Source of the DNA: Octopus bimaculoides
Lineage: Eukaryota
Length of the DNA: 34,283 bases
Reading direction: 5' to 3'
NCBI RefSeq assembly: GCF_001194135.2
Contig: NC_068982.1
Span: 112,056,362-112,090,644, forward strand
Shown: in pieces, positions 1 to 11,825 of the stretch
How the letters are laid out: each line of letters starts with the position of its first letter
How positions within the stretch are numbered: the stretch's first letter is position 1
Translations under genes and position numbers: made by a program
The notes under the pieces: model-generated
The model's database searches: none
Seen by the model: the letters and a program-made list of their open reading frames with translations, nothing else
What the model was told of the DNA's origin: nothing

Positions 1-13
1 AGTTTTGACGCTA

Positions 14-20
14 ATATATG

Positions 21-62
<42 letters not shown>

Positions 63-190
63 TGCTTGTATATATACATATATATATATACGGACTCTCC
101 ACCTCCCATACATACACATTCACTCACACATATACACACACTCACTCATTCACACGCATACACAAACACACAGGCACACAACACACACAT
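14..190. repeat. Compound (TA)n / CA-rich microsatellite
   Basis: Directly visible dinucleotide runs; explains ORF 18..299. Confidence 0.95.
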
Positions 191-236
191 GTTAGCTTCA
201 GCTCGTGAGTTGCGACCATGCTGGAGTACCGCCTTT
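191..236 (-). mobile_element. Possible SINE 3'-tail fragment
   Basis: The minus strand reads GGCGGTACTCCAGCATGGTCGCA, like the GGCGGTGCTCCAGCATGGCCGCA tail I recall from an abundant octopus SINE. Recall only, short match. Confidence 0.25.
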
Positions 237-1764
237 CCCTTTGCTACAGTTTCACTATATAATATATATTCTAATACGCAGATGAATATAGATGCATAAA
301 GATATGCTAGTATTTCTTAAATATACATAGGCCTCAATAAACATAGAAGAACATATATGGATATATTATATATATATATATCAATATATTTTCCTCTAAA
401 TATTTTTTATATATTATGTAAAATAGTGTCAATATTACTTTTTAATTAAATTTCATCAGGCACAAAAATGTCATTAATATCAACGAAATGTCATGAGATC
501 TAGTGGAAGATGAGATCAAGTACAAGTCATGAGATCAAGTACAAATGTATTGTACTTAATGGTGTACATGCAAAGAAAGAGACATTGTGGTGAGATTTCA
601 TTGAATTGAAACCCCATGTTTCAGCTGCAGAAATTTGAATAGAATTGGAATATGGACAATGCAACTGCAATACAACTTCTTATGTTGCAGTTTCATTTCT
701 CGACTACACGTTTCAATTGGCCGGTCAAACTATGGAGACGCAGAAATTAGAAATATATAAGCAGTCAGATAACGGTACACACATGTGCTCACACCAGCTA
801 AGAAAATTAATTCATCCTACATCTACTCTCATATAATCGTTTATACAATAGTTTCGAAATCAATAGATTGAACAGAAATAATACTTAAATAAATAAAACA
901 TCATGTAAATGCGATCATTCTTGCAGACGTTAACATAAACTTTATGGCACCGGTATAGATTAGTACCCGTCAGTGTTAGCGCTAAAAGGCTTACTGTAAA
1001 AGTGGATATTTATTAAACAGATAGTTTATCAAGCTGAAAATATTTACTTGTCTTTCAGAGATAGTTGGGAAAAATATCACCATTAATATTGTTAAACTGA
1101 GTCCAATGCATTTTCTTCTCCTTAGATTTCATTTTAGAAAAGCAAGTCTTCACACATCAGTGATTTCCCAAGGTATTAACAGTTATGAAAGACTAGATAC
1201 ATACTGACTAAATCTAACATGTTTTGCGAGACTATATGAATTATTGGGCGATACAAAACATTGATTTCAATTACTAGCACGAACCAGAAACTGCGGACGG
1301 TGANNNNNNNNNNAAAAGGCCAATTTAACCTTCGTGATATAGGAACTAAGCACTTAAAAAGTTCGAACTAAATACTAGGATCTTTTATCTGAAATTTCAT
1401 GTTCCGGTTTTTTCATCTCCATCATTACATCTGATAGATATACCTTCATTCACCAAATATGTTGTTATATAATGGATTTTTAAAACTACCTTTTGATATC
1501 TTAATAATTATTGTCCACTTTACAGCTTATGAATTGATACATACGTTTATATATAACGTATACGTACCAAGAAACTCTATTCTGGCACGCCTTGAAATAT
1601 TTGCGGCATTGTTGTTTCTACACTCCCGAATACTTGAACATATACGTCCTAGAGACGTACTTCCAAGACACATAACATGTTCACAAGTATATTGTAATGT
1701 GCGTTCATTCTGGCGACTTGAATACATGCACAGATGTGCATGTGCGCGCACACACACTCACACG

Positions 1765-2067
1765 TGATAGTAGTCTCTCGTGGTCCGAAAAAGACGGTTC
1801 TGCAACTTCTTACTGAACAACTTGCACGAATGATTTGTTTATAGTGATCAAATGAATGTATTGCACTTTAGCTCACTCCCTCTATCAAATCGATGTTGCC
1901 TGAAGAGGTGCTCGGTGTACTACATTTCAGTATGTTGATCTACGATTACTTCGATAACATGAAGTTAAGTATTTCGCTCAAGAACACAACACACTATCCA
2001 GACCAGTAATTGGAACCAGTATCTGGCGACCGTGAGGGCAACAATCTTACCATAAGGCCATGTGCCC
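1765..2067 (-). mobile_element. Old tRNA-derived SINE with CORE-like domain
   Basis: Minus strand: A-box TGGCCTTATGG, degenerate B-box GGTTCCAATTAC, then TGTGTTCTTGAGCGAAATACTTAACTTCA resembling the CORE motif. Homologous to 20090-20175. 3' boundary approximate. Confidence 0.55.
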
Positions 2068-2504
2068 TTACACGCATACACATGCACACATAAACATATA
2101 CAGACATTCATGCAAGGGTACAAAGAAAAGATCACTCAATAACTCATGTAAAGAATATATCTTTGTAGCGTAGCAATGAATGATATAGTCGCCATTTATC
2201 TACTACGTATATGTCATATGTGAAGTGGTTGTCATTATTATCACGTGGTACAGGTATATAAAAAAACAACAGCGCTGTTTACACATTTCACTCTAATGTT
2301 TCATGAAAAACATTATTCAATTAAATTTCTGTTATACCAACAATATTAATTATTATCCAACAATTTTAATTAGTAACCAATGGTAACTAAGATAACACTG
2401 TTTTTTCAAGATGGTGGTTAATGTTAAAGCAATTTAAGTGTCTTTAAATTAAAACTGACTAAAATATAATCATATTATCCTCCAGTAATTGGCGAAGATG
2501 AATA

Positions 2505-2720
2505 TAATGATAGCCATGAAGATGTTTTTTATGTTGCTGTTGTTAATGATGGTGATGATGATGATAACAATAGTTATGATGGTAACAATAGTTATGATGA
2601 TAATGATGAGGAGGGGAGAAAGAGGAGCATGATGATGATGCTACCACTGCTGATGATGACGAAATTGGTGATAATTATGATTATAATGATCATGAAAACA
2701 ACGATGACAACCGCGATGAT
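2505..2720. repeat. Degenerate (GAT)/(AAT)/(GAG) trinucleotide low-complexity tract
   Basis: Visible GATGATGAT, AATAAT and GAGGAG runs. Confidence 0.85.
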
Positions 2721-3019
2721 CATATCAGTAAAACAATTACATGGGGAAGTGCAATATACAGTGCAAATGACTTTCTAATGAGCACATGGATGCACGCTGC
2801 TACGTTTAGCAAATTGAACGACTAGATATAGTCTTCCGCATCATCTCACGAACTGGTGAAGATCCGTATATTTTTATACTTTAAGAAAATGAGAGATTAC
2901 TCACCCTAACATAGGATGCCAGTCAATCTCAGTTGACCCTGTACCAGGTTGAGTCAAAAGTTTTTCAGATTTTCACTGATATTTTTGGCGACTTTTATCT
3001 CCATGTTATATCATTATCA

Positions 3020-3618
3020 GGATCTATTTTAAAACGGGAGCGCCAGTATTTTCTTAACGAAACACTAACGAAACACTTTGAAACTTGGGACACTGGTAGA
3101 ATGTGTCATATAAAACATCTTTTACTCTTAGTCTTCTTAACAAAAANNNNNNNNNNNNNNNNNNNNNNNNNNNNNNNNNNNNNNNNNNNNNNNNNNNNNN
3201 NNNNNNNNNNNNNNNNNNNNNNNNNNNNNNNNNNNNNNNNNNNNNNNNNNNNNNNNNNNNNNNNNNNNNNNNNNNNNNNNNNNNNNNNNNNNNNNNNNNN
3301 NNNNNNNNNNNNNNNNNNNNNNNNNNNNNNNNNNNNNNNNNNNNNNNNNNNNNNNNNNNNNNNNNNNNNNNNNNNNNNNNNNNNNNNNNNNNNNNNNNNN
3401 NNNNNNNNNNNNNNNNNNNNNNNNNNNNNNNNNNNNNNNNNNNNNNNNAAATTATCGAAATAAGACAATTTTTTACATGAAATAAATTCGAATACAAAAA
3501 TATTTTTCTGTTCTATAACACAAAATAGATAAGTATACGAAGTTTGAAAGTCTTTCCGTACCAAAAACACTACATAAAACATAAATGAAAACTGGCGCCC
3601 CCGTTTTAAAATAGATCC
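3020..3618. mobile_element. Non-autonomous TIR DNA transposon (MITE), 28-bp TIRs, 8-bp TSD; possibly Merlin-like
   Basis: Left TIR GGATCTATTTTAAAACGGGAGCGCCAGT (3020-3047) is the reverse complement of 3591-3618 with one mismatch. CATTATCA is duplicated at 3012-3019 and 3619-3626. The interior contains an N-gap (3147-3448). Confidence 0.85.
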
Positions 3619-3654
3619 CATTATCATTATTATACTATTCATATCGAGTAATTT

Positions 3655-3810
3655 CATGTATACACACACACACACACACACACATACATGTATAATGTGC
3701 GTATATGTATATATGTGTCAGTGTGCATTAGTGTATATGTATGTTTCTCAGTATGCATGTGTGTATATGTGTGAACGGACATATATGCACACGGGTACAT
3801 ACAGAGATAC
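3655..3810. repeat. (CA)n and TA/TG-rich microsatellite
   Basis: Visible repeats. Confidence 0.85.
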
Positions 3811-5074
3811 ATATTTATCCATATCTAATATATACCGACATTGAAAATGTGCAATACTTAAGGTGTAAAATACGTGACCTGTATATGGAAGTTAATGAAA
3901 GAGTTTATAACAATAGAAATTTACTCTCATTTCTTGATAATAACAAGTCTTGTTAATTACTTGTAATCATTGTTCATAATCATCGAACTAATAGTTAATG
4001 TAACCAGGAATGATATTGGACGAACAAGTAAATAATCTCCAAGCTTTTGGTAATGACAATCGATATGACCAATGAGAAAATTGTTGATATTGCTTACCAC
4101 GAGGTATTAAAAGTCAAAGAATATATAAATGTGGTGTGACCGATAGCTGTCCACCCGCGCTCACTACATGTCTGCAATTTGGTTTACTTACTGGCCATAC
4201 GAAGATGCATAGCTGTATGAAAGGTGGAAATTTAAAAATCGTTACATACCAAATGGCTTTTGAATGTGTAACATGTCCAGCAAAGAGCTGTGTTAAAACT
4301 ACTTCTCTTTATATTTGAAACGCAGCGAAAACTTATTTTTTGCCGCTAAACTGTAGGATATTATGAACTGAGTAGGTGACAAGATACAACATTTAGTCTA
4401 TCTTACATTTAATGGGCGAAACAAAGCAATATGCTAAGCAAACAAACATTTGAGCTTATCAAGAACTTTTGAAAATAGGATATGTTTAAACAGCCATATT
4501 ATATTCTCACAGTGTTTTTATATTATATTCTCATTGTGTTTAATAAGGCCAGAGAGCTAGAAGTATTTGCTGACTATAACATCAACTAGAGAACATTGTA
4601 TCCATCCAGATTAAAGTTAACATAGCTGAAGAGATTCTCAAAAGTTTCTGGCATAATGATTCTGGTGTTATGATCAACCTTTTCTCAATCTACGACTGAT
4701 CTCGTTTACTAGAGTACTGTTTCCACCGTAGTCTCACCAATCAAAACAAAATGTTAAAGGAGGCGCGTTAGAGGACTATTTTAAATATAAATAAATAACA
4801 TGAGTTCTCAATCAATGTAATAACCTCAAGTCATCCACTTTCTTCGATTGCGTTGAAAAGGTTATAACTTTTTTTACGAATAGATTAATGGATAAATAAT
4901 CAGGCAGATACGCAGACAGACGAATAGATAGATAGACATATAGACACATAGATAGATAAATACTTATAGTTTGATAAGAAGACAGATAAAGAAATAGGAA
5001 TTTAATGGATAAAAACCTAGGTACATAAATACATCTGTCTGTCTATTTCTCTCTCAACCAATCAGATAATTTAC

Positions 5075-5138
5075 CAGTGTACATGTATATATATATATAT
5101 GTGTGTGTGTGTGTATGTGTGTGTGTGTGAGTGTGTGT
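5075..5138. repeat. (TA)n(GT)n microsatellite
   Basis: Visible, abutting the SINE head. Confidence 0.95.
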
Positions 5139-5523
5139 GGATGTGCAATGGCCCAGTGGTTATGGCATGGACTCGCGGTCACAGGATCGTGGATTCGACC
5201 CCCAAACCGGGCGTTGTGAGTGATTATTGAGTGAAAACACTTAAAGCTCCACGAAGCTCCACGAAGCTCCGGCAGTGGGTGGTGGTGAACCCTGCTGTAC
5301 TCATTCACCACAACTTTCTCTCACTCTTACTTCCTGTTTCTCTTGTACCTGTATTTCAAAGGGCCACCCTTGTCACAGTCTGTCACGCTGAATCTCCCCA
5401 AGAACTACGGTAAGAGGTACACGTGTCTGTGGAATGCTCAGCCACTTGCACGTTTATTTCGCGAGTAGGCTGTTATGTAGATTGGATCAACTGGAACCCT
5501 CGTCGTCGTAACCGACGGAGTGT
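5139..5523 (+). mobile_element. Full-length tRNA-derived SINE, copy 1 (tRNA-Arg-like head; possibly the octopus OR1/OR2 group)
   Basis: A-box TGGCCCAGTGG, B-box GGATTCGACCCC. The body is colinear with copies at 8695 and 18636 and ends CCCTCGTCGTCGTAACCGACGGAGTG. Family name is from recall. Confidence 0.9.
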
Positions 5524-5529
5524 TGTTAG

Positions 5530-5548
5530 GTCTCTGTATGTATATAAA

Positions 5549-5602
<54 letters not shown>

Positions 5603-5762
5603 CACGTATATCTACCTATCTATCTGTCTATCTGTCTATCTGTCAGTCAGCCTGCTTACCTAACAGTCTGTCTCCTTGTCAGTTTGCCCGTCTTTATCTT
5701 TAATAGACAGACAGACAGACAGATAGACAGATAGACAGACAGATAGATAGATAGATAAATAA

Positions 5763-5815
<53 letters not shown>
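5530..5815. repeat. (TA)n, (CTAT)n, (AGAC)n and (AGAT)n microsatellites
   Basis: Visible tandem di- and tetranucleotides. Confidence 0.95.
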
Positions 5816-6139
5816 CAAGCAAAACAGGTGAATAGAAGGATATATACAGAGTGATACATCTACCAATGTAACGCAATTCCTTTAGAAAGAAATGTTCCCA
5901 ATTATTATTGTTTTCTATTGTAAGAGCTATTCAAGCGTCAAAAAAGTCAAACATCATCAGGGGCTCTTCCTTCAGCTAGGCAACAATCAGTAGTACTATA
6001 CTGATTTAATCAGCATTTGTCGGGAAAACAATAACGCTCTTCATTAGGAATTGTTTTTAGGAGTGACGATGGTAGGGAAACACTTCTTTCATTTACACAA
6101 TTTGTCTATTTAATGCTATTCATTCCCGTACATTTTAGT

Positions 6140-6164
6140 ATACATTGTAAATATATGCATATAT

Positions 6165-6245
<81 letters not shown>

Positions 6246-6324
6246 TGTATGTATGTATGTATATATNNNNNNNNNNNNNNNNNNNNNNNNNNNNNNNNNN
6301 NNNNNNNNNNNNNNNNNNNNNNNN

Positions 6325-6376
<52 letters not shown>

Positions 6377-6402
6377 GTATGTATATATATGTATATGTAT
6401 AT

Positions 6403-6450
<48 letters not shown>

Positions 6451-6662
6451 ATACATATGTATATATATGTATATGTATATATATATAGATATATACTGTG
6501 TGAGTTTATAGATACATGCACTCATAGATGTATACATACATACACATATAAGGATGTGTGCATATATACAATACATATAGATGTGCCCCTGTTTGAAGTA
6601 TGCATGTGTCTGTCTTCTCGAAACACAAGTACTTAAAGCTTGATTGCATGAATTTGTGCGTG

Positions 6663-6740
<78 letters not shown>
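6140..6740. repeat. Large compound (TA)n/(TATG)n/(CA)n microsatellite field with an N-gap
   Basis: Visible; accounts for all ORFs at 6106-6928. Confidence 0.95.
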
Positions 6741-6742
<2 letters not shown>

Positions 6743-7124
6743 GATTGTCTACACACATGTTCTTGCAAATACAAACCCTTTATTCATTTGAATATATATA
6801 CATGCAAGTTCATATATGAACGTATGTGTTTTTCGCATCTCTTTACATTTCCAGGGTTAATTGATATTATAAGTTCAATACGTTCATTAGTGCAGTTTGT
6901 GTACACAAACATAATTACACATCAATAATTAAATGGCAAAATATTTTTTTTATTCCAACAGTAATTTAGGCATTCTGTGTTTTTCTCTCAACCTCAAACC
7001 TATTTGTAACAGTCTTATAGATTTTCTTCTCATTACTTCTGATTTTAGACACCTCTTTTCACTATAATTGCATTATATCTTCGACCTTGATGGAGATATG
7101 ATTACACTTACATAGACAATATGA

Positions 7125-7157
<33 letters not shown>

Positions 7158-7258
7158 GTTTGTCATTCTTTCTGTCTGCCTGTTCTGTGCGTGTGCGTGA
7201 GTGCGTGTATGTGTGCGTGCTTGTGTATGTGCGTGTGTTTGCGCGCACGTGATTATAT

Positions 7259-7315
<57 letters not shown>
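7125..7315. repeat. (TC)n, TG-rich, (CA)n and (TA)n microsatellites
   Basis: Visible. Confidence 0.9.
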
Positions 7316-8209
7316 ATTTTTGGGACTATTGGGGTTTGTGTCAATTAGTGTGTTGAGTAAAGCACGTTCTCAGTTTGGAGTACCTGGTGTCATCTACGGT
7401 TGNNNNNNNNNNNNNNNNNNNNNNNNNNNNNNNNNNNNNNNNNNNNNNNNNNNNNNNNNNNNNNNNNNNNNNNNNNNNNNNNNNNNNNNNNNNNNNNNNN
7501 NNNNNNNNNNNNNNNNNNNNNNNNNNNNNNNNNNNNNNNNNNNNNNNNNNNNNNNNNNNNNNNNNNNNNNNNNNNNNNNNNNNNNNNNNNNNNNNNNNNN
7601 NNNNNNNNNNNNNNNNNNNNNNNNNNNNNNNNNNNNNNNNNNNNNNNNNNNNNNNNNNNNNNNNNNNNNNNNNNNNNNNNNNNNNNNNNNNNNNNNNNNN
7701 NNNNNNNNNNNNNNNNNNNNNNNNNNNNNNNNNNNNNNNNNNNNNNNNNNNNNNNNNNNNNNNNNNNNNNNNNNNNNNNNNNNNNNNNNNNNNNNNNTGT
7801 GTGTGTGTGTGTGTGTGAGGGATTAAGAAAACTTATCATAAAGTATAAATTTATAATGGGAGTAAAGAATAAACGAAGGTTACTTTGTGATCAGAAACTA
7901 CAGTTGATAATTTGATGTTATTTCGAGACATTAACTTCCATAAAAGCCTAGACGCTATATTTAGTGTGATTTTGCAGTATCATTCACCATAAAGGTCATG
8001 TTACCATGTGATGTTACTTTGTGTCATCAACTTCCAAAAAGGCTACAACTCTACTTGTCATTTATCATGTGGGCCACAAGACCATAATATCCAAAAATCC
8101 TGTGATGTGATCTTCTTGCAAAATCATGAAATGTAAATTACCATGAATATCACAAAATCGGGTGTCGTTATTGTTTGGCATTATCCACCATGAAGTTCAG
8201 AACTCCACT

Positions 8210-8275
8210 TGATATGTTTTACAGTATCACTGTATACTATAAAACATATCACGTGATATGTTTTATAGTATCACT
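8210..8275. repeat. Direct-inverted-direct triplication containing a 38-bp perfect palindrome
   Basis: 8234-8271 ATACTATAAAACATATCAC|GTGATATGTTTTATAGTAT is a spacerless palindrome. 8210-8231 and 8254-8275 are 22-bp direct repeats with one mismatch. Confidence 0.9.
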
Positions 8276-8399
8276 TCACTCCGTGAAGGCCGTAAAAGTA
8301 TGAACCTCTCTTTTAAAAACCACATATATTTAAGTTAGGTAAGCAGCTGCTGGTGTTGTTTGACCCCATGGCAGCTCTTACCGGGTGTTCAAAGCGTTC

Positions 8400-8555
8400 T
8401 GGCATGGTCATTTTCCCCTTAATTCCTTCATTTCAGAAAATGTATCCAGGAATAAATTCTGTAATGTGCCCTATTGTCTTTAAGAATTTTAGGTGTGTTT
8501 TAGAGGAATTTAACTTCTATTTTTAGCAGGTCGATGAACTACGTAGAGAGATTTA
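8400..8555 (+). repeat. Unclassified interspersed repeat, homologous to 12905-13035
   Basis: TTCAGAAAATGTATC...TTTTAGAGGAATTTAACTTCTATTTTTAGCAGGTCGATGAACTACGTAG aligns by eye with TTCAGAAATAATGTATC...TTTGGAGGCGACTTATCTGCTATGTCTAGCAGAACAAGTGACCACATAG. Confidence 0.55.
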
Positions 8556-8694
8556 TTCGTAGGCTCAGGAAGAAGTAAGCTGTAAAGGCGATACGTCCGT
8601 GAATGCGAGTCGAATCTTGATCGAAGCGGACCAGACATACCTGGCAGATTAAAAACCTGACGCATGGTTAGAATCTTTATATCATGAGACGTGT

Positions 8695-8975
8695 GGAGGC
8701 GCAATGGCCCAGTGGTTAGGGTAGCGGACTCGCGGTCAGAGGATCGCGGTTTCGATTCCCAGACCGGGCCTTCTGAGTGTTTATTGAGCGAAAACACCTA
8801 AAGCTCCATGAGGCTCCGGCAGGGAATGGTGGCGAACCCTGCTGTACTCTTTCACCACAACTTTCTCTCACTCTTACATCCTGTTTCTGTTGTGCCTGTA
8901 TTTCACACTGTGTCGCGCTGAATATCTCTCGAGAACTACGTTAAGGGTACACGTGTCTGTGGAGTGCTCAGCCAC
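8695..8975 (+). mobile_element. tRNA-derived SINE, copy 2 (3' part lost in N-gap)
   Basis: Head GGAGGCGCAATGGCCCAGTGG...GGTTTCGATTCCC; body near-identical to copy 1, with a ~17-nt internal deletion. Confidence 0.9.
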
Positions 8976-9779
8976 NNNNNNNNNNNNNNNNNNNNNNNNN
9001 NNNNNNNNNNNNNNNNNNNNNNNNNNNNNNNNNNNNNNNNNNNNNNNNNNNNNNNNNNNNNNNNNNNNNNNNNNNNNNNNNNNNNNNNNNNNNNNNNNNN
9101 NNNNNNNNNNNNNNNNNNNNNNNNNNNNNNNNNNNNNNNNNNNNNNNNNNNNNNNNNNNNNNNNNNNNNNNNNNNNNNNNNNNNNNNNNNNNNNNNNNNN
9201 NNNNNNNNNNNNNNNNNNNNNNNNNNNNNNNNNNNNNNNNNNNNNNNNNNNNNNNNNNNNNNNNNNNNNNNNNNNNNNNNNNNNNNNNNNNNNNNNNNNN
9301 NNNNNNNNNNNNNNNNNNNNNNNNNNNNNNNNNNNNNNNNNNNNNNNNNNNNNNNNNNNNNNNNNNNNNNNNNNNNNNNNNNNNNNNNNNNNNNNNNNNN
9401 NNNNNNNNNNNNNNNNNNNNNNNNNNNNNNNNNNNNNNNNNNNNNNNNNNNNNNNNNNNNNNNNNNNNNNNNNNNNNNNNNNNNNNNNNNNNNNNNNNNN
9501 NNNNNNNNNNNNNNNNNNNNNNNNNNNNNNNNNNNNNNNNNNNNNNNNNNNNNNNNNNNNNNNNNNNNNNNNNNNNNNNNNNNNNNNNNNNNNNNNNNNN
9601 NNNNNNNNNNNNNNNNNNNNNNNNNNNNNNNNNNNNNNNNNNNNNNNNNNNNNNNNNNNNNNNNNNNNNNNNNNNNNNNNNAAAAAAAATTCACAAGAAA
9701 ACAAAAAGCCACTACTTAGTGAATGAAATTTAAAAGAAGTAAAGTTTACTCCATCTATTGTAGTTTATAATAGTTTAAG

Positions 9780-10035
9780 TAGCTTAGCTCCCTCTCCATC
9801 AAGATGCATTTGACTCACTCATCTCTCATCCTCTCTTTATCCATAGTGAATACACTGACACAAGCCCCGCAGTAACTACTATATCCATTCCTCCCTACCC
9901 CCGTCAGAAGGTCGGTTTTCTGGATATCCGTCCTTGTTCAGGTTTTTCCCTACAGCCATTAATTTGGAGTTGTTCAAGAAGAACATCAGCTATATCGATC
10001 TGGCTGATCTCGGAGGAGGAGGGCTGCGAAGATAA
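9780..10035 (+). mobile_element. Decayed CR1/L2-group LINE, ORF2 C-terminus and 3' end
   Basis: Frameshifted translation PRSNYYIHSSLP...FWISVLVQVFP/TAINLELFKKNISYIDLADL matches the typical CR1-group terminal pattern (R-T-x-x-L-W-N-x-L-P-x-x-V-F-P-x-x-x-N-L-x-x-F-K). Confidence 0.6.
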
Positions 10036-11619
10036 TAGGCAAAGTCCTTTCTCCAGACCAAACTGCTAATTAAAATAGTATAAAATAGTAGTTTGGATAT
10101 GTGAGATAAAAAGAACAAAACCTCTGGAAGAGTATTAATGTCCTAATTATGTGGTTCTGCCAGTAGCTAATAACATGATCTAAGAGCAAAAGTAAAATAA
10201 GCAAATTAAGAAGGCGTTGTATGAGAAATTGGATGGGAACTCAGAAAGAAACATAAAAGACAATACTTAATCATAGCACGATCAAATCACGGTGACTATC
10301 ACTAATAGAAAATGAATTACTTTCTGCTACGGTAGCACACACACTCTTTTTCAGGCCCAGTATTTATGGGAACCTGTGCGAATGGTTTTGTTTTGAGACA
10401 TTTGTCTTTAATGATAGCAACGTTAGAATTACAGATCAGTAACTGGTAAAAATTTACTTGTTCTACAAGAAATAGTTCCTTAAGTTAAGTGTTGAAATTC
10501 AGTGCAGAGATTATTGGAGTTACATTGTGTGCTGTGGGTTGTTTGAAATTCATTTCATCCAATATCCTTGCCTATCTATCACTTTTATTAGAGATAACCT
10601 ATGAAGTTGATCCTCTAATATACAGTTACTAATCCTTTCATTAGTTTAACTTCTAAATTGTTTATAAACTAGGAAAATTTATTTCAAAAAGTAATTTGTT
10701 TGAAGAAAAGACGGATAGATTAAATATAAAAACATAATGGAATTCAGAAAAGAAACGCAAATAATTAAATGAAATAGAAAAAAAAAGAAAGTCCAATAAA
10801 TAAACACGACATAAACAAGCAAGGAAAAAATGAGTGAACAACGATGTTAACAAGATAGAGAAAAAGAGAGAAAGAAAAAACAGTGAGCTAGATAATCTTT
10901 AGTAAAACCTGTTCTTTGAAGACATGCTAATGGTAAAGAAGTATTAGTTTGTAATCTTAATGGCTGTGAAGAATTTTTGCATCACCAAATAATCACTTTC
11001 GATATCAATGATTTAGACGCTATTTGAATCAATAAAACAGATTTCAACCTTTCTAAATCTACTCTTTTCCTACTGTTCCTATATGGTTCCTTACCGAACT
11101 ATCTACTGACATATCTATTGATGCTTCTATCATCCTGTTTTAGCCTTATATAATCGGATTAGGACGACGACGTCTATGATCATGTCAAAATATTTGTTTT
11201 CGGAAATAATTTAATCTTTTTATCAACTTGAAATAATAAGGAGGAAAACTGGTATTAGTAGTCCTTCTCTAGCTTACTGTCAGTGTAATGAACAATCAGT
11301 TGTTGTTTAGAATTAAAGCTAATTGGAATTGTTTTTCAAAAAATTCTCTTAGTTTAAGGAAGCAAGTCATGAATATTAATTAAGATGTTAAAACCTGTTT
11401 GAGGAAATATATAAATCATCTTATGTTAAATTGTTTTTTGACTTGGAATAAATACCTTGTATTAGAGATTAGAGACAGTGATATGTTATTATGAGCCACG
11501 TGTCTCTGGTAAGGGAAATAGCTTCAACCAGTAATTGAACCCATCCCACAGTCATAGCCTAGTAGATGTTTACATCTTGCTCTACGATGATTTCTACATC
11601 AGTTTACAATGATATATAA

Positions 11620-11825
11620 TTTTAAATCGAGACACATAAGTACAAAGCAATACAATTACAGTCAATTGAATTGACACCTAGAATTTAGCTGGTATATAAT
11701 TCATCGACTGTAGTGTTAAAAAATTCGAAGTTGGCTCCAGTAAAATTTGAACTCGAAATGCAAAAGATGGTAAGTAATTAAAATCGGCGTCATTTTCGTA
11801 ATGTATGCAAGCGATTTTGTAGCGC
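11620..11825 (-). mobile_element. Old Meta/MESC-like SINE copy
   Basis: Colinear degenerate match to 33910-34113, e.g. CTGGTATATAATTCATCGAC and AATTTGAACTC. Confidence 0.6.

Noticed and set aside
490-545. 19-bp tandem TGAGATCAAGTACAAGTCA with partial copies (CRISPR-like at first glance)
   Set aside because: Only about two adjacent copies with no unique spacers, in a eukaryotic context; simple slippage duplication.
2648-2670. CTGATGA...GAAA hammerhead core motif
   Set aside because: Only 4 nt between the motifs, no stems, and inside a GAT repeat.
2905-2938. Minus-strand 34-nt exon candidate with GTGAGT donor
   Set aside because: Overlaps GGATGCCAGTCAATCTCAG, similar to the SINE tail seen near 20035; weak acceptor.
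5139-5215. tRNA gene
   Set aside because: The tRNA-like head lacks a proper acceptor stem and continues into a shared SINE body; the same applies at 8695.
8530-8574. 45-nt plus-strand exon candidate (SMNYVERFIRRLRK) with good splice sites
   Set aside because: The acceptor and most of the sequence lie in an interspersed repeat homologous to 12965-13030.
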